The notes under the pieces: generated by a model
Told to the model about the DNA's origin: nothing
The model's input: only the letters and a program-made list of their open reading frames with translations
The model's database searches: none
NCBI GenBank assembly: GCA_032718475.1
Contig: JAUCBJ010008400.1
Coordinates: 1-64,000, forward strand
Source: Nemertoderma westbladi
Taxonomy: Eukaryota > Animalia > Xenacoelomorpha
Length of the DNA: 64,000 nucleotides
Direction of reading: 5' to 3'
Part shown: positions 22,947 to 35,662 of the stretch, piece after piece
How the letters are laid out: every line of letters begins with the position of its first letter
How positions within the stretch are numbered: the first letter of the stretch is position 1
Position numbers and translations under genes: made by a program

Positions 22947-25900
22947 CATCAACACCATCGTCTTTTGGTTCTTCATAAATTGGTATATTTGATATTTTTA
23001 TAGGTTTTTTGAGGTTTGTTTTATAGTGCCCCCAAGGAAGTGATTGATTTTTATTAACCCAATAAAGTTTATCATCAAAGCTACTGAGTGCAAATTTATT
23101 TTGCTTTAAGGTATAAATACGATGTAATTTAGATTGAAATCTGTGTATGTTTTTTTTTATTTCTTCATTTGAGTTATATGCTTTTAAATATTCTTCATGT
23201 GTAATATTCGTTTCCACAACAGCTCTTGTAATACCTTTTGCTCTACGAATATTTTTGTTATTCCATTCCAAAATTGAATATAATTTTGGTCTTAAAAATA
23301 CTGCTTGTTTAATTTCACGTGAAGCTAGTTCATCTTTACAGTAATAAAGTCTCGATTTATTTTTATCGCTGTAGAGAGGGTGATCCTTAGGGTAATTGGA
23401 TGTATCTAAAATATTATTTTTAATTAATGCTTTTAAAAAATTATTCTGCGATGTATTATAGTAACATCCTATTAAAGAGTCCGTATCTGATGCAGCAATT
23501 TCAATACGGCAGTTTAATTCTTTCTCAATAGGTAACAATTTATTGTAGAACAGCTCATACATATCCAATTTAGCCAAGTCCAACACAGTGCTACCAATAA
23601 ATATAGGCTTATCGAGAGTTACAGAGTCTTTCACTAATAAATGTCCCAATAATGTATTATTGTATATTATAAATTGTTCATGATTAATACGATTTACTAA
23701 TTGGTCGCATTTATCATTGCTATTTGCGATACGAAAGTTACATCGATCTCTTATCTTTTCTATTGATTTGCCAAATAACGAATTATTAAGCAATTTCGTG
23801 ACAGCTGTTTCAATGTAACTTTTTGCTAGTCGCCTTTGATTAATATTAAAATCGATGTAATTTTTAAATACAAATTCTTGTTGAAAAGAATATAATTTAT
23901 GTAGTTTAGTAACAATTAATCCATGTTTTATATAAAATTTTAACAGTTTCAAATGTAAATGATAAAACTCTTTATCAAATTGCGTCAGCAAGAGTTTTGG
24001 TATAGACATTCTATATTTACGGGAGGTACCTCTTTGTATCGATAAGTTATTAAATTGTTCCCTCATATAAGGCGAAAGCATTGATTCATTTATACTTAAA
24101 TGCTCTGGAGCTAACGGTAATTGTAATGTTTGATCGTGAATAGCTTTGGGATAATTTAAATCACATATTAAAAAATATCCAGTAGATCCATCAATGTCTA
24201 AATCTACCAAGTACTCGATTAGTTTTTCTGGAATTGCATTCTCTAAGTGTTTAATACTTACTTCTTTGAATTGTGAGGTGGGTAGTTTTTTACTTAAATT
24301 CCCAGAACATAAAGAGTTGAAATCAATATTAAAAATATGGCATTCTTCCTTAGTAGAATCATATGTACTTGTTCCTGGTATATTTGATTCTATATAATGC
24401 TTTGGACAAAATGAAACACCACCCCTAATTGATTTTTCAAAATCTCTATATGTCTGATAATCCTTTATTAATTCTATTTTACATTTATTATATTTTAGTG
24501 CGCAATCATAGGTAAATGACGCGATACTACAGTAAAAAACCGCTTCTAAATCGTAATTTTGTTTACAAACATTCCTAAAATTCTCAAATATATCAGCAAG
24601 CAAACAAACATCGAGTTTTAAATAGGCTAAAAGATAATCTTTGAGATTCACACAGTCGAATTGTACCCATGATAATTCCGCAAACCTATAATCTTCAGTT
24701 GTGCATGTTTTTTGACTTAAGTTACTAAAAAAATTATTTATAGACGGCAAACCAGTATCATTAAATTTATTTATATCTGTCAAGTACTCGTATGGAAATA
24801 CTCCTTTCCGTTTAATTGTTGAGTTATTCAAGTTTGGATAAAAATATTTCATTTCTTGTAGAGTAATAGGTAAAATTGAGCTTATATAATGACTCGCTAC
24901 ATCCTTTGTTGAACACTCAACTAAATTACTTAAAGAAAAGCTTAAAAATTGATATGTGTCTAAGAAACGTAACTCAATTTTCTTAGAAGTGTTTTTAATT
25001 GGGATAAATGCACTCAGTGAAATATATCGTTCTGTATTTCTCGGTATAACCTTTATATCCCGATCTGTGTATTTCTTATCTCTAAATCCGGTTTGTAATA
25101 TACAATGTATATCATAATTACTGGAATTATGCCCGCAAAGTACATACAGGTATCGTTTCAATGATAAACTTCGGTTACAACTATTACAGGCTGCCGCAAT
25201 ATATTTACCTGTAATATGTGAATGATGTCTGTTTTTCCCTACATTATTATTTAAAGTAACATTACAATAGAAACAAAATTTTGCTTGTTCAAAATTTACA
25301 AAATCAATATTAGTAAATGACATAGATTTATGAGTGTATATTTCTGACCAACAACATAATTCAGTTAAATCAGTATATAATGAATCTAAGAAATCTTGAA
25401 TACAATTATTATTATTTGACTTTACGAATGTTTTCAAATGACATTTTGGAGCATCAATTAATTCAGTATTGGGAACAATTAAATAACTCACAGCACACGG
25501 TATATGCTCCTGTATAATTTGATTATTAACTGAAGGTTGTAAGATACATTCTATATCAAAGTAGGTGACAAACAATGGGGCTAAGGTTTTATCTAAATTT
25601 GTAAAACTAATGTGTGTTCTTTTTTTATTAGGTAGTTTCTCTCGTTGACTTCTTCCTTGGTAGCATGCGAGACGGTGTCGATGAAGAACTTCCGCTCGAA
25701 AAAAATGAGCCAAACACCTTTCACAATATTTCCTATTCCCGATATGAAGAGCTCTTGTATTCAGCAATCGATTCAAGTTAGTTATGCTAACATAATGATT
25801 CAGTTTAGGTACATTGTTATTTTTTACTACAAGTAATATATTTAATAACTGTTTATCAGGTGTAATTTTACTAAACGGAGGTTGTCTTAATATAGATACA

Positions 25901-26217
25901 GGGGTGCGTTTGTTGTCGTTATTCCAACATAGTAAATTAATTATATATTTTGAATTTTGTTTTTCAAAAAGTTTAATCGCTAACTGCCACTCTGTTGGAT
26001 AATCATTTTTCCCGTTGTAAAAAATGAAATGACTCATATAATTTTTGTACGACGAAGTAAGCTGTTTGTTGTTTTTCACTTTGCTACCAAATTTGGCGGT
26101 TAGAATAGTCCATTTGAAACAGTCATTATCAGCCGTTTGTATATTTATTGTACAATTTTTACCTGATAGAGCCTTAGGTAATTCCATATATCCATGCCCC
26201 TTATATAGTAACGACCT
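22924..26217 (-). pseudogene. Protein-primed family B DNA polymerase, N-terminally truncated
   Basis: YFDIEC, endonuclease-VII-like CFYC..HSHITGKY..AC..CN, HNSSNYD, RKGVFPYEY, YLKLDV.LLADIFE, IRGG, DFNSL, KLLNNSLFGK, SDTDS, RPKLY, AKG. The first ~14 residues of the track ORF are foreign sequence. Confidence 0.93.
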
Positions 26218-26379
26218 TGTGCGAGACTCAGTCTCCCTGCCTTTGGATATATATTGCATAACCTACAAGAGGCCATGCCTTTGACTGTCTGACTATTCAG
26301 CTATTGTTATTAACCTACCGTATTCAGCTATTATATTGCGCTGTATTAACGTTATGTACCGGTAACGACTGCTGTTACA
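26218..26379 (+). mobile_element. Possible short LTR-like segment at the pPolB breakpoint
   Basis: Begins TGT exactly at the breakpoint and has TGTTACA at 26373-26379; no partner LTR or TSD seen. Confidence 0.25.
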
Positions 26380-26706
26380 TATACCGGTATCTACAACTGA
26401 TCTATATATATATTTTATTATTATATATGCTCGGGTCCGTGATAGTTGGAGTTTACCTACTCTTCATTTTATACACATATACAGTCCACACAATTGCAGT
26501 TTAGGAATACTCTCGACTTTCTCTTTCATTATTTTTATGTCTTTGGCAATAGCAGTTAGCATTGTCTCGAAGCGGTCGATTTTTGGGCCCATTTTGAGAC
26601 TATGATATGCAGATTCAGAGATTTTGTACAGATAGCAAATACAAAAATAGGCCTATGGCAGTAGGGAGTTACCTGTAGGCAAGTCAGTCACTCAGTCATC
26701 ATCCCG

Positions 26707-27710
26707 TCATTTCATTTCCAATAACATTATTAAAATTTTATTTCCATAATCAATATATAAATCGTGAATAACATTTGTACAACTAGGCGTTACTACAACA
26801 TGGTCCAGCCATGAGGTCGTGCCAAAAGCAGCACTAACAAAGGAAAAATTTGATTTATTTAAATGATCAACATCAAAAATTTCAAGGTTGAAATCTCTGC
26901 ACCATTCAGACAGTTCATTGAAAAACATTCTACCCGGTGCTGCATTAAAGTCTCCAATAATACAACAGCTGGTCGATGGAGATGACTCAATCAAGCACCG
27001 TAGCCTACCTAGATATTCTAAATATAAATCCATATTATCAGTTGTCTCCTACGGTAAATATACATTAATAATAAGAGTTTTTATACCATTTATCCCATTA
27101 ATATAAATAGGCATTATCCTAGAATCATCCAAATTTATTCGGTCTATAGCAGGAACTCATTCCTGCCTAACTAAAATAGATAAAAAATACTTATGTATCG
27201 TACTAAGAAATGCTAGTTCTTGTTTAGGTAACATATGTTCCTGCAACAGTACTATGTCAGATCTATCACATGAAATGCTAGTTCTTGTTTAGGTAACATA
27301 TGTTCCTGCAACAGTACTATGTCAGATCTATCACACAAATTACACACTACTAAGAGAGATTCAACAGTGCGTATAGAATTACAATTATATGTAGCAATAC
27401 AGATTGATTTAGTGTTATATATAGTAGAAGAAGCCATGATTAAAAAATATATTATTTTATAAAAGTAAAGAACCATAAAAAAGCTAATTAATAGAAAACG
27501 CAATATATATACATAATAAGTACCGGTGGTACAGCTGCTGCTTATTTATCAGAAGCATCAAATTCCATTATTTCCAATGAGTTAGCGAGATCGTCATTTA
27601 CCGTAACTATTGTATTCTCGACACCTTGCGATGCAACATTGGCCCCTTTGGGTGCTGTGTTGGAGTCCAGCACGGCATGCGGTAGATTGATTATCTGGAC
27701 GCCTTAATCG
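26707..27710 (-). mobile_element. RTEX-like LINE fragment (APE endonuclease), decayed
   Basis: TYNCNS, DIVLLQEH, IIGDFNA, SWLDHVV; internal ~65-bp tandem duplication at ~27208-27334. Confidence 0.75.
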
Positions 27711-29099
27711 CGGTCAGTATTCGAACTTCCATATTTGGCTGAATTCCGGCTATATAAGGGGAGGGGAGTACGATTTTGAGGTCCAAGATTTGGATGAGTT
27801 GAGGTGGAGATCGGAGACCTCGGGCGAGTTTCGGCTAGGGGATGAGGTGGATTGGATGGAAGAGACACCGATACAGTCTACATCTGGACTGCAGGGAATG
27901 CCAATGCTTGGGGGGGTCCGAGGGAAGGACTAGGGGAGGATGAGCCAGGACGATGGAAGGGTGGAGGGTTACGGGCGAGTACCAGGCTGGGAAGGGATAT
28001 GGTGGATGAACCGGGATCCTGGGTTTGGAGCCGCTTGTGGTAGAGGAAGTAGAGGAGGACGAGTTCGGGGAGATGCTGCTGATAGAGAGAATCGGCCGGG
28101 CGGACACGGACTGGGTGGACAGGAGAGTGATGACAGCCAGCGGGGTGAGACGCCCCCGGCAAGCGAGCCTGGGAGCATGGGGAGCCGGCGATGAACTTCC
28201 CGGCGAACATGATTCGGCTGGGCGAGCAACTGGGAATGGCACCACGAGTAGTGTTTGGGGAAATGATGCCAAGGGTGGAGGAGGACGTCGACATGGGTAG
28301 GGAAGACAAGGTTAAAATGTTCACCTATCAGCAGCTCCATAGACCCAGGAGGCTACACAGAGCCAAGGACGACTTGGGGCGAGAGACATTGATAGACGGT
28401 TGCGACTACTGTGGGAGACTAACCCATCAGCAGAAAAACTGTCTGTATCACTACCAGAAGGGGGCGACATGTCTATATTGCCACGAGCCTACCCATAGGA
28501 TGGGTGCATGCCCAAGGTTGCACCACAGGTGTTCGAAGTGCAAGTTTAGAGGGCATTTTGAGCGCCAGTGGGACTGGATGGATGATGAGGAGAAGTTCCG
28601 TATTTTCGAGGATTGGGCCGACATCGGAGTCATGATAAGGCCAATGATGAAGGCCCAGGAGTTCCGGTGGGGGCTTTTCAATGTAAACCTAGAGGCCCAC
28701 CAGCACTAAGAGGAGACTACCATTCACGTATCAGGAGGTAGCGACAGCGGCATCACATGGAGGGGTTATTAACACCCAATGATATCTAGACAGGTGGTTG
28801 CCAGAGAACAGGATGGAATTCATGGACTTTCTGGTGGAGCATGTGCCGCGTGGGATGAAGATGATCTTGTGGGACGCTACCAGAGGGAAGCAGGCAGAGC
28901 ACTCGGTGGCACCACCTGCGAAGCGATACCGCGAATTGCTAACGCCCGCACCCAAGGAACCAACAATGGGGCTCGGCAAGACAGTATCAACGCGTATGAG
29001 TAGCCTCAAGAGCAAACAGGAGGGGAGAAAGCGACCAAGGCAGGATAATGATGAGGCAAAGAGATGAAATGGTTTCCGGAGTGTACGGGAGGAGCACTT

Positions 29100-29646
29100 T
29101 GTTAGCTTATCCAATTCCGCTAACACAAACCCATAGAGTGAGCCATAAAGCAATATTGGGAGCACGAGGTTGATTACCAATCAACCTCGTGTCAGCCCAG
29201 TAAACGGGGACAATAGGCCCCAAAGGAGACACACACAATAGGGGTCAGGGGCCAAACCCCTAACCGAGAGAGAACACAGGGAGTGAAGGGAAACACTCCA
29301 AAGGGTGCCAACAGGGGTATCAACCAATCAGAGGGGGGAAAGGCATCGATTGAGTAGCAATAAGGCCAACGTGCAATATATTACCGGTCGTGCTATCCAT
29401 TCACTTCAGTTATCTCAGTCTGTCACTACAGTCACGGTAGTACGGTGACAATTTAGACCATCACCGCCGTCACCAATCACATATCATTCAGTATACCGGT
29501 TAACTGTGCTATCTACTATCACTCTGTATTATATATATATCAGTCCATAATAACGACACTGGAACAACAACTCTTTTCATTCACACGGCGGGGACGCGTA
29601 CATAAGCGACACCGGATAAACCGGGATCCTCTCGGATCCCGTCACA
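29100..29646 (+). repeat. 5' LTR
   Basis: TGTTAGC...GTCACA, duplicated at 35663-36209. Confidence 0.95.
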
Positions 29647-29696
29647 GTCTAAATTCTAGGCCTGCCGAACTGTAGCTGACAGCCACCAAAGACAAG

Positions 29697-32600
29697 ATGA
29701 GTAGAGGAGGAGAAACTACACCGCCGCGGACCCCGGACGACGATCTAACGATCCGCGAGGCCACGGCGAGACGATACGAACCCACGACGCCGGTCGATGC
29801 TACGCCGACCACGTCGACGCAGGTTGACGCCACGTCGACAACGAGCAACCCGACGAACCAAGATGTGGGGGGTCGTCTACAACCGGAGAGCGAGTCGAGG
29901 GAAGGAGACGAGAAGGGAGGAGAAGAGAAAGACGAGTCGACGCGGAGCGAGGGTCGACATACCGATGTCACCGGCCAGCCACAGGCCGAGGACGACGAAC
30001 GGTCCACCGGAACGGCGACGGTGGGGCCGTCGGTACGACGTCGGACCCGGAGAGACGGAAGAGAGGTCGGCGACGAGGACGTCGGGGTTTCTGATCGACT
30101 TCGACGGGCCTACCTCCCGACCCGGGAGCAACTGAGAGAGGCCAAGGAGGGGGCGAAGGTAGACGAGGTGAGACTGAGGAGACGACTAGGTGAGTCGAAC
30201 AGATACTTTGATCACCTAGTGTGTTTTGGGCAGAGAGAACTAGCCGAGGAGAGGGCGAGGGGAGTTGTCAACGAACTGATTGAACTATGGGAATGTGGGG
30301 GTATGGAACCTAGCGTAGTGTACGTAGGGCCGTACTTAGTCGATGCCCGGGGAGTGAAAGTAAGAGTTAGAAGACCTGGGGAGGGCGAATCCGAGGTTAA
30401 TTCCGAGGATTCGGTCTCGTCGGTCGGAGGAAGTTCCGGGAAGCGGGGGAAAGTTAGTGGGACGGAGGGGCGACGGGAGTCCGTCGCAACCGATAAGTCT
30501 GCTACATCCTCCGTAAAAGAAAGACGGGTGCGACAGAGTGAACGCATAGAGTATAAATTAGAAACGGCTGCGAGTAAGCAGGAATGGTTAGAGTGGCAAT
30601 TGAGAGAGGAAACCGCATTCTCAGAGAAGGCAGGAGAGTTGGAGAGGGAGTATAGAGAGAAAGCCGAGAAGTTTAGAGAGAGAGCCAAGGAGTGTAGAGA
30701 GCGAGAGATGGGAGTAGAGAGCGAGCCGGCGAGGCGGCTTGAGATGATTGCTAGAGAGGCAGAGTTGGCCGGGCAGAATACGCGAGAGTGGGGGATAGAG
30801 GGTGAGTGCAGGCGGGATGATTTGCATGCCGTGCTAGGGAGGCTTGCGCAATATCAAGCCAAACTGAATCAGCGCCGACTAGAACTGGCGCGGTTGGAAC
30901 TGTCAGAGAGTGAGACCCCACTTACAGACACCGGGCGAGAGAACCAGAACTGGTGTAGCCGTACGGGCGGGGGGGGTAGTAGTAGTACGTTAGAGACAGT
31001 TAATGTTAATAGTACCGTAGTAGATAACCCTAATCCCTTTATTACAGGAAATAATATTTTACCGGGTAGTAGTAATTTAAATTTAAATACAAATATTCTA
31101 AACAATAATTTCAATTCAAACCCGCAAAATAATTCGAATAATAATTTAAGTTTAGAGAATAGTAGTGACCTAAGTAATTTAAATAATTTAAATAATAATC
31201 CCGTTTCAAATTCTAATAATTTAATTGATTTAACAAATAATATTGGGAATGGTGCTATTAATATGAGCGTGTCGGACGTACATAACCCGGCAGACGGTGG
31301 CCTGGTAGGCCACGTAGTTAGTAGGCAGGAAGTGGCAGGGTTGAGCCAACCCGACGGCGGCCTGGTAGGCCACGTAGTTGGTAGGCAGGAGGTAGCGGGG
31401 TTGAGCCAACCCAAGGTGGGCCTGATGGGCCACGCAGTAGTAGAGAGAGAGGCGGGGGTGAATAGACCCAGCCGTAGTAGAGACAGTGCGTCGACTAGAG
31501 AGGGGTGTAGAGACGAAGTAAGAGATAGTGAAGTTAGATGTGGCGAGTGGGGGGGGGGGGCTACGGGCGCCCCACCACATAAGATTAGTGGCGAGAGAGG
31601 GGGGGCAGAGAAAGCCCCACAAGAGGGGTGTAGAGGTGTAGTAGGAGGTAGTGAAGTTAGAAGTAGCGGGTGGGGGGGGGGGCTACAGGAGCCCCACCAC
31701 GAAAGATTAGTGGCGAGAGAAGTGGGGTAGGGAATGTCCGACAAGAGGGACGCAGAAGTATAGTAAGAGATAGTGAAGTTAGAAGTGGCGGGTGGGGGGG
31801 GGCTACGGGCACCCCACCGCGAGAGATTAGTAGAGAGAGAGGGGGGGCAGAGAGTGTCCCACAGCCGTCAGCGGATAATGCGCGGGCCGAATCAGGTAAA
31901 CCGCAACACCCGGCGACGGAGAGTAATAGGGGGATTGCGAGTATGCCCAGCGGCGTGCGATCGAGCAGAGAGAGGCAGGTTGACGTCGCGAGAGGGCAGG
32001 CGAAGCGTCGAGCCCGATCAGAAGAGGGAAGAAGAACAGTGGAGTTTAACCGGGAGGTCGACGAGAGACCTCACGAGCCGGAATACTACACATAAAAGAG
32101 AAGAAGAGAAGATAGTAGAAGAAGTGTCGCCACGAACGATAGCAGTGCGAGGACGGATAACGGACCGTCGACAGTAGAGATGGAGTCAGGGAGCCAGTGG
32201 GGTCGAACTTCGGGAGATTGCCGTCGCCCCGGAGAAACGCACCGCACGCCAAGAGAGGGGTACAAGACGTACCAATACAGAGTCGAGAACAGGAGAGGGG
32301 ATCGGAGAGAAGCTTCCTGACGGGATATAGCTGCCGATCGAGAGTGCAGTAGTCGCGGGGAGATTCGAGATTCGCGAAGAATAAACTTCGGTTCGGAAGG
32401 GCACATGCAGACTGCAGGACATACTGTAGGCCTTACTGCACATACTATTATAGGCCATGCTGGGAGAGATAGAGTAGGCGATGGGGTAGCGCGAACGACG
32501 GGATTAAACCCGGAAGTCGCGGAGTACATACCGGTAGGTAGGCGAGAGGTAGGTAGGCCTATATCGGTACAGCAGCATGACTATAATACACAGGGACATA

Positions 32601-33556
32601 ACATATATCCAGGGGAGGGGGGAGTTATTGGAGATAGACGTATGGGCCCCAATGTATCAACATCAACCCCAGTACCAAACATACCGGCTGGGGGGGGACA
32701 GGGTGACATTCCCCCATCACAATATCGACAATATACCCCGATAGGAGCAAGAATATCGAACTCCCTGGACGAGAGCAGGTCGTGTGGACAGTCACCACCA
32801 CACGCGGCCATACAGGGGACTACCAGTCCACAGTTAGTTGGTAGCAGGACCACACCGTGGCAGGGACAGAAAGAAAATAACACCAAAAATAAACACAATC
32901 CCAATATACCCAGTAGGCCGAGTCTAGACAATCGAAACACTAAATCGGTACATATAAACCTAAGCGCGATACGTGAAGGACTATACAGGAAACGCTATAA
33001 TCCAGGATTCCAATGTCAATTACATCGGGACGGAACCCATAAGACCAGGAGTTGCAAATACTGGCAAGCGTTGCCCAAACGAGATCGTGTAGCCTACACA
33101 GACGCAAACGGACTATGTCATCGATGTGTGGTAAAAGGACACAGATCCGGAGAGTGTTGGAAAGGGAGAGGATATGAAAGGACTAAACCAGGGGCAGAGA
33201 AGCCCATTAGCAAACATAAGGGAGTCGGGAAAGTAGAAGGAGGCGTGTCGCACACACACGCAGGACGGACACAGTGCGAGGGGGCATTGCACGGGCAAAC
33301 GCCATGTGTACCAAGGAACGAGCGGGGGTCGTCGAGGCCTTTAATGCCAGCGCACATACGAAGGGGGAGGCCAGCAAAGGTAGCACCGAAGAGAGTGTGG
33401 CGAAGAGTTAGAGGACGTACAGGAGGGCAGCAGGAGAATGCCTACTGGAAGAAGGGGCACCTGAGAGTTTTTAGTCGTCCAAAGTTTTGGACTGAGGGGG
33501 GTGGGAATGAGGGCGAGACGCCCTTCCCACGCACAAAATATAAAATAATTATTTAA
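29697..33556 (+). pseudogene. Gag-like polyprotein, broken into several frames
   Basis: 677-aa ORF with an E/R coiled coil and N-rich linker. 383-aa ORF with CQLH....H....C and CHRC....H....C knuckles (BEL-like order). Probable frameshifts in G-runs between them. Confidence 0.6.
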
Positions 33557-33589
33557 TTAAAATAAGAAAATAATTAAATAATAGAGTAG

Positions 33590-35260
33590 GTAGAAGTTAG
33601 GTAGTAAGAGTTAGTTAGTTAGAGGGTAAGTAGTACCGTTAGTAGAGAGAGTTAGAGAAGTTAGTTAGAGGGTACGTAGTACCGTTAGTTAAGAGTGTTA
33701 GAGGTATAGTTAGTAAGAGGGTACGTAGTACCGTCAGTTAGTGGAGTTGGAGTAGTGAGAGGGTACGTAAGTACCATTAGAGAGTAGGAGTTAGAGGGTA
33801 CGTAAGTACCGATTAGAGAGTAAGAGTTAGAGGGTACGCAGTACCGTTAGAGAGTTAGTAAGAGTAAGAGGGTACGTTGTACCGCTAACTAGTAGAGAGA
33901 GCTAGAGTAGTAAGAGGGTACGTAGTACCGCTAGCTAGTAGAGAGAGCTAGAGTAGTAAGAGGGTACGTTGTACCGCTAGCTAGTAGAGAGAGTTAGGAG
34001 TAGTAAGAGGGTACGTAGTACCGTTAGTTAGGGGTGTTAGTAGTAGCAGTAGCGGGTTGTGGGCATCATAAGCGCCACGTAGTTAGAGTTAGTAGGGAAT
34101 GCGCTGAACTTAGTGGGGCACGGGCGTGATGATGTGTTTGATGTAAGAGCAGGGTATGTTAATTAGGGTGGGTGCCGGGCACAAGAGGTGCCGGGCACAA
34201 AAAGAGTTAGTAGAGTTAGAAGGTGCCGGGCACAAGAGGTGCCGGGCACAAAAAGAGTTAGTAAGAGTTAGTAGTAGAGTTAGTTGAGTTAGTAGAGAGT
34301 TAGTAGAGTTAGAAGGTGCCGGGCACAAGAGGTGCCGGGCACAAAAAGAGTTAGTAGAGTTAGAAGAGAGTTAGTAGAGTTAGTAGTAGTTCACATAATT
34401 AACGTACCCACTCTGCCGGCACTCAGAGCGTCACGTGTAGCCGATGAGACGTAAAGGGGGAGTAGAGGAGTAGAGACGGGCACATTGGGTGCCAGGTAGT
34501 AGAAGAGTAGAGAGGGCACATAGGGTGCCAGGTAGTAGAGTTAGAGTGTTAGAGGTAGTAGAGAGGGTACATAGGGTACCAGTGAGTAGAAGAGTAGAGA
34601 CGGGCACGTAGGGTGCCAGGTAGTAGAGTTAGAGAGTTAGAGATAGAGTAGAATAGTAGAGACGGGCACATAGGGTGCCAGGTAGTAGAGTTAGAGAGTT
34701 AGAGATAGAGTAGAGTAGTAGAGACGGGCACATAGGGTGCCAGGTAGTAGAGTTAGAGAGTTAGAGATAGAGTAGAGTAGTAGAGACAGGCACATAGGGT
34801 GCCAGGTAGTAAGTTAGAGAGGTAGTAGTGTAGTAGAGAGGGCACATAGGGTGCCAGGTAGTAGAGTAGAGCAGAGGGGGCACATAGGGTGCCAGGTAGT
34901 AGAGCTAGAGAGGTAGTTGAGTAGTAGAAGGGCACATAGGGTGCCAGATAGTAGAGTGGTTGTGGGCACCGCAAGCGCCACGTAGTTAGAAGAGTGGAGT
35001 AGAGTTAGTAGAGCTAGTTAGTAGAGTTAGCAGAGCTAGTGGAGTAGAGTTAGTAGAGCTAGTTAGCGGAGTTGGTAGACTCGGAGGAGTCAAGTAGAGC
35101 TAGTAGAAGTAGAAAGTTAGTAGGAGTTAGTTAGACTTAGTAGAGAGTTAGAGTCAGTAGAAAGTTAGAGGCTCTCAGTTAGAGCTAGAAGTAGTAAGAG
35201 TTAGTAGTTAGCAGAGTTAGTTAGATAGTTAGAGTTAGTAAGCAGTAGGTAGATAGTATG
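33590..35260 (+). repeat. Purine-rich, C-poor tandem region with arrays of short hairpins
   Basis: AGAGTTAGTAG-type spacers separate repeated GGTAC-N3/4-GTACC and GGCAC-N5-GTGCC units. Confidence 0.9.
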
Positions 35261-35662
35261 ATAGCACAGGGGTAGCATTAGAGATTAAAGCCTTAGGGAG
35301 TGACAGAGAGTAGAGAGTAATAGTGCGGAGCGGAGTGCGAAGAGAGCGTGGGCGCAATTCAAGTGTGGGGGAGGAGAAGTGAGAGGAAGAGTGTGGGACG
35401 AGGAGGTCCGGGGGTATGTGAGAGTTGGAGTAGAATGGTGAGAGTGTTGGGGAAACAAAAATTGTGTGAGAGAAGCGCACGATCGGCCCGACACGAGACG
35501 CCAGAGGGTAGTGACATCATACCCATAGGGAGCGGCCTGGAAAGCCGACTCCGAAAAAAAATATACCCACCCCACACCCGATAATAGATCGGGATCCAAC
35601 GGAATTGTAGCGCACTTGAGTTGGATGCTATCTTCTCACCGGGAAGATAGCATGGGGGGGAG

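Larger units (their letters stand above)
10590..26217. mobile_element. Polinton/Maverick (adintovirus-like) copy A; left terminus not recognisable, right arm truncated inside pPolB
   Basis: ATPase, integrase, pentons, capsid and protease on plus; pPolB on minus. Homology to copy B starts ~10590 and ends at ACGACCT (26217). Confidence 0.93.

Noticed and set aside
26218-26259. ATG start of copy-A pPolB as given by the ORF track
   Set aside because: Lies in foreign sequence beyond the breakpoint; copy B shows about 250 more N-terminal residues.
27835-33357. Numerous minus-strand and alternate-frame ORFs
   Set aside because: Shadows of GC-rich gag-like frames; no domain motifs.
33590-35000. Palindromic repeats with spacers resembling a CRISPR array
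   Set aside because: Spacers are low-complexity and mutually similar, there are no cas genes, and the context is a eukaryotic LTR element.
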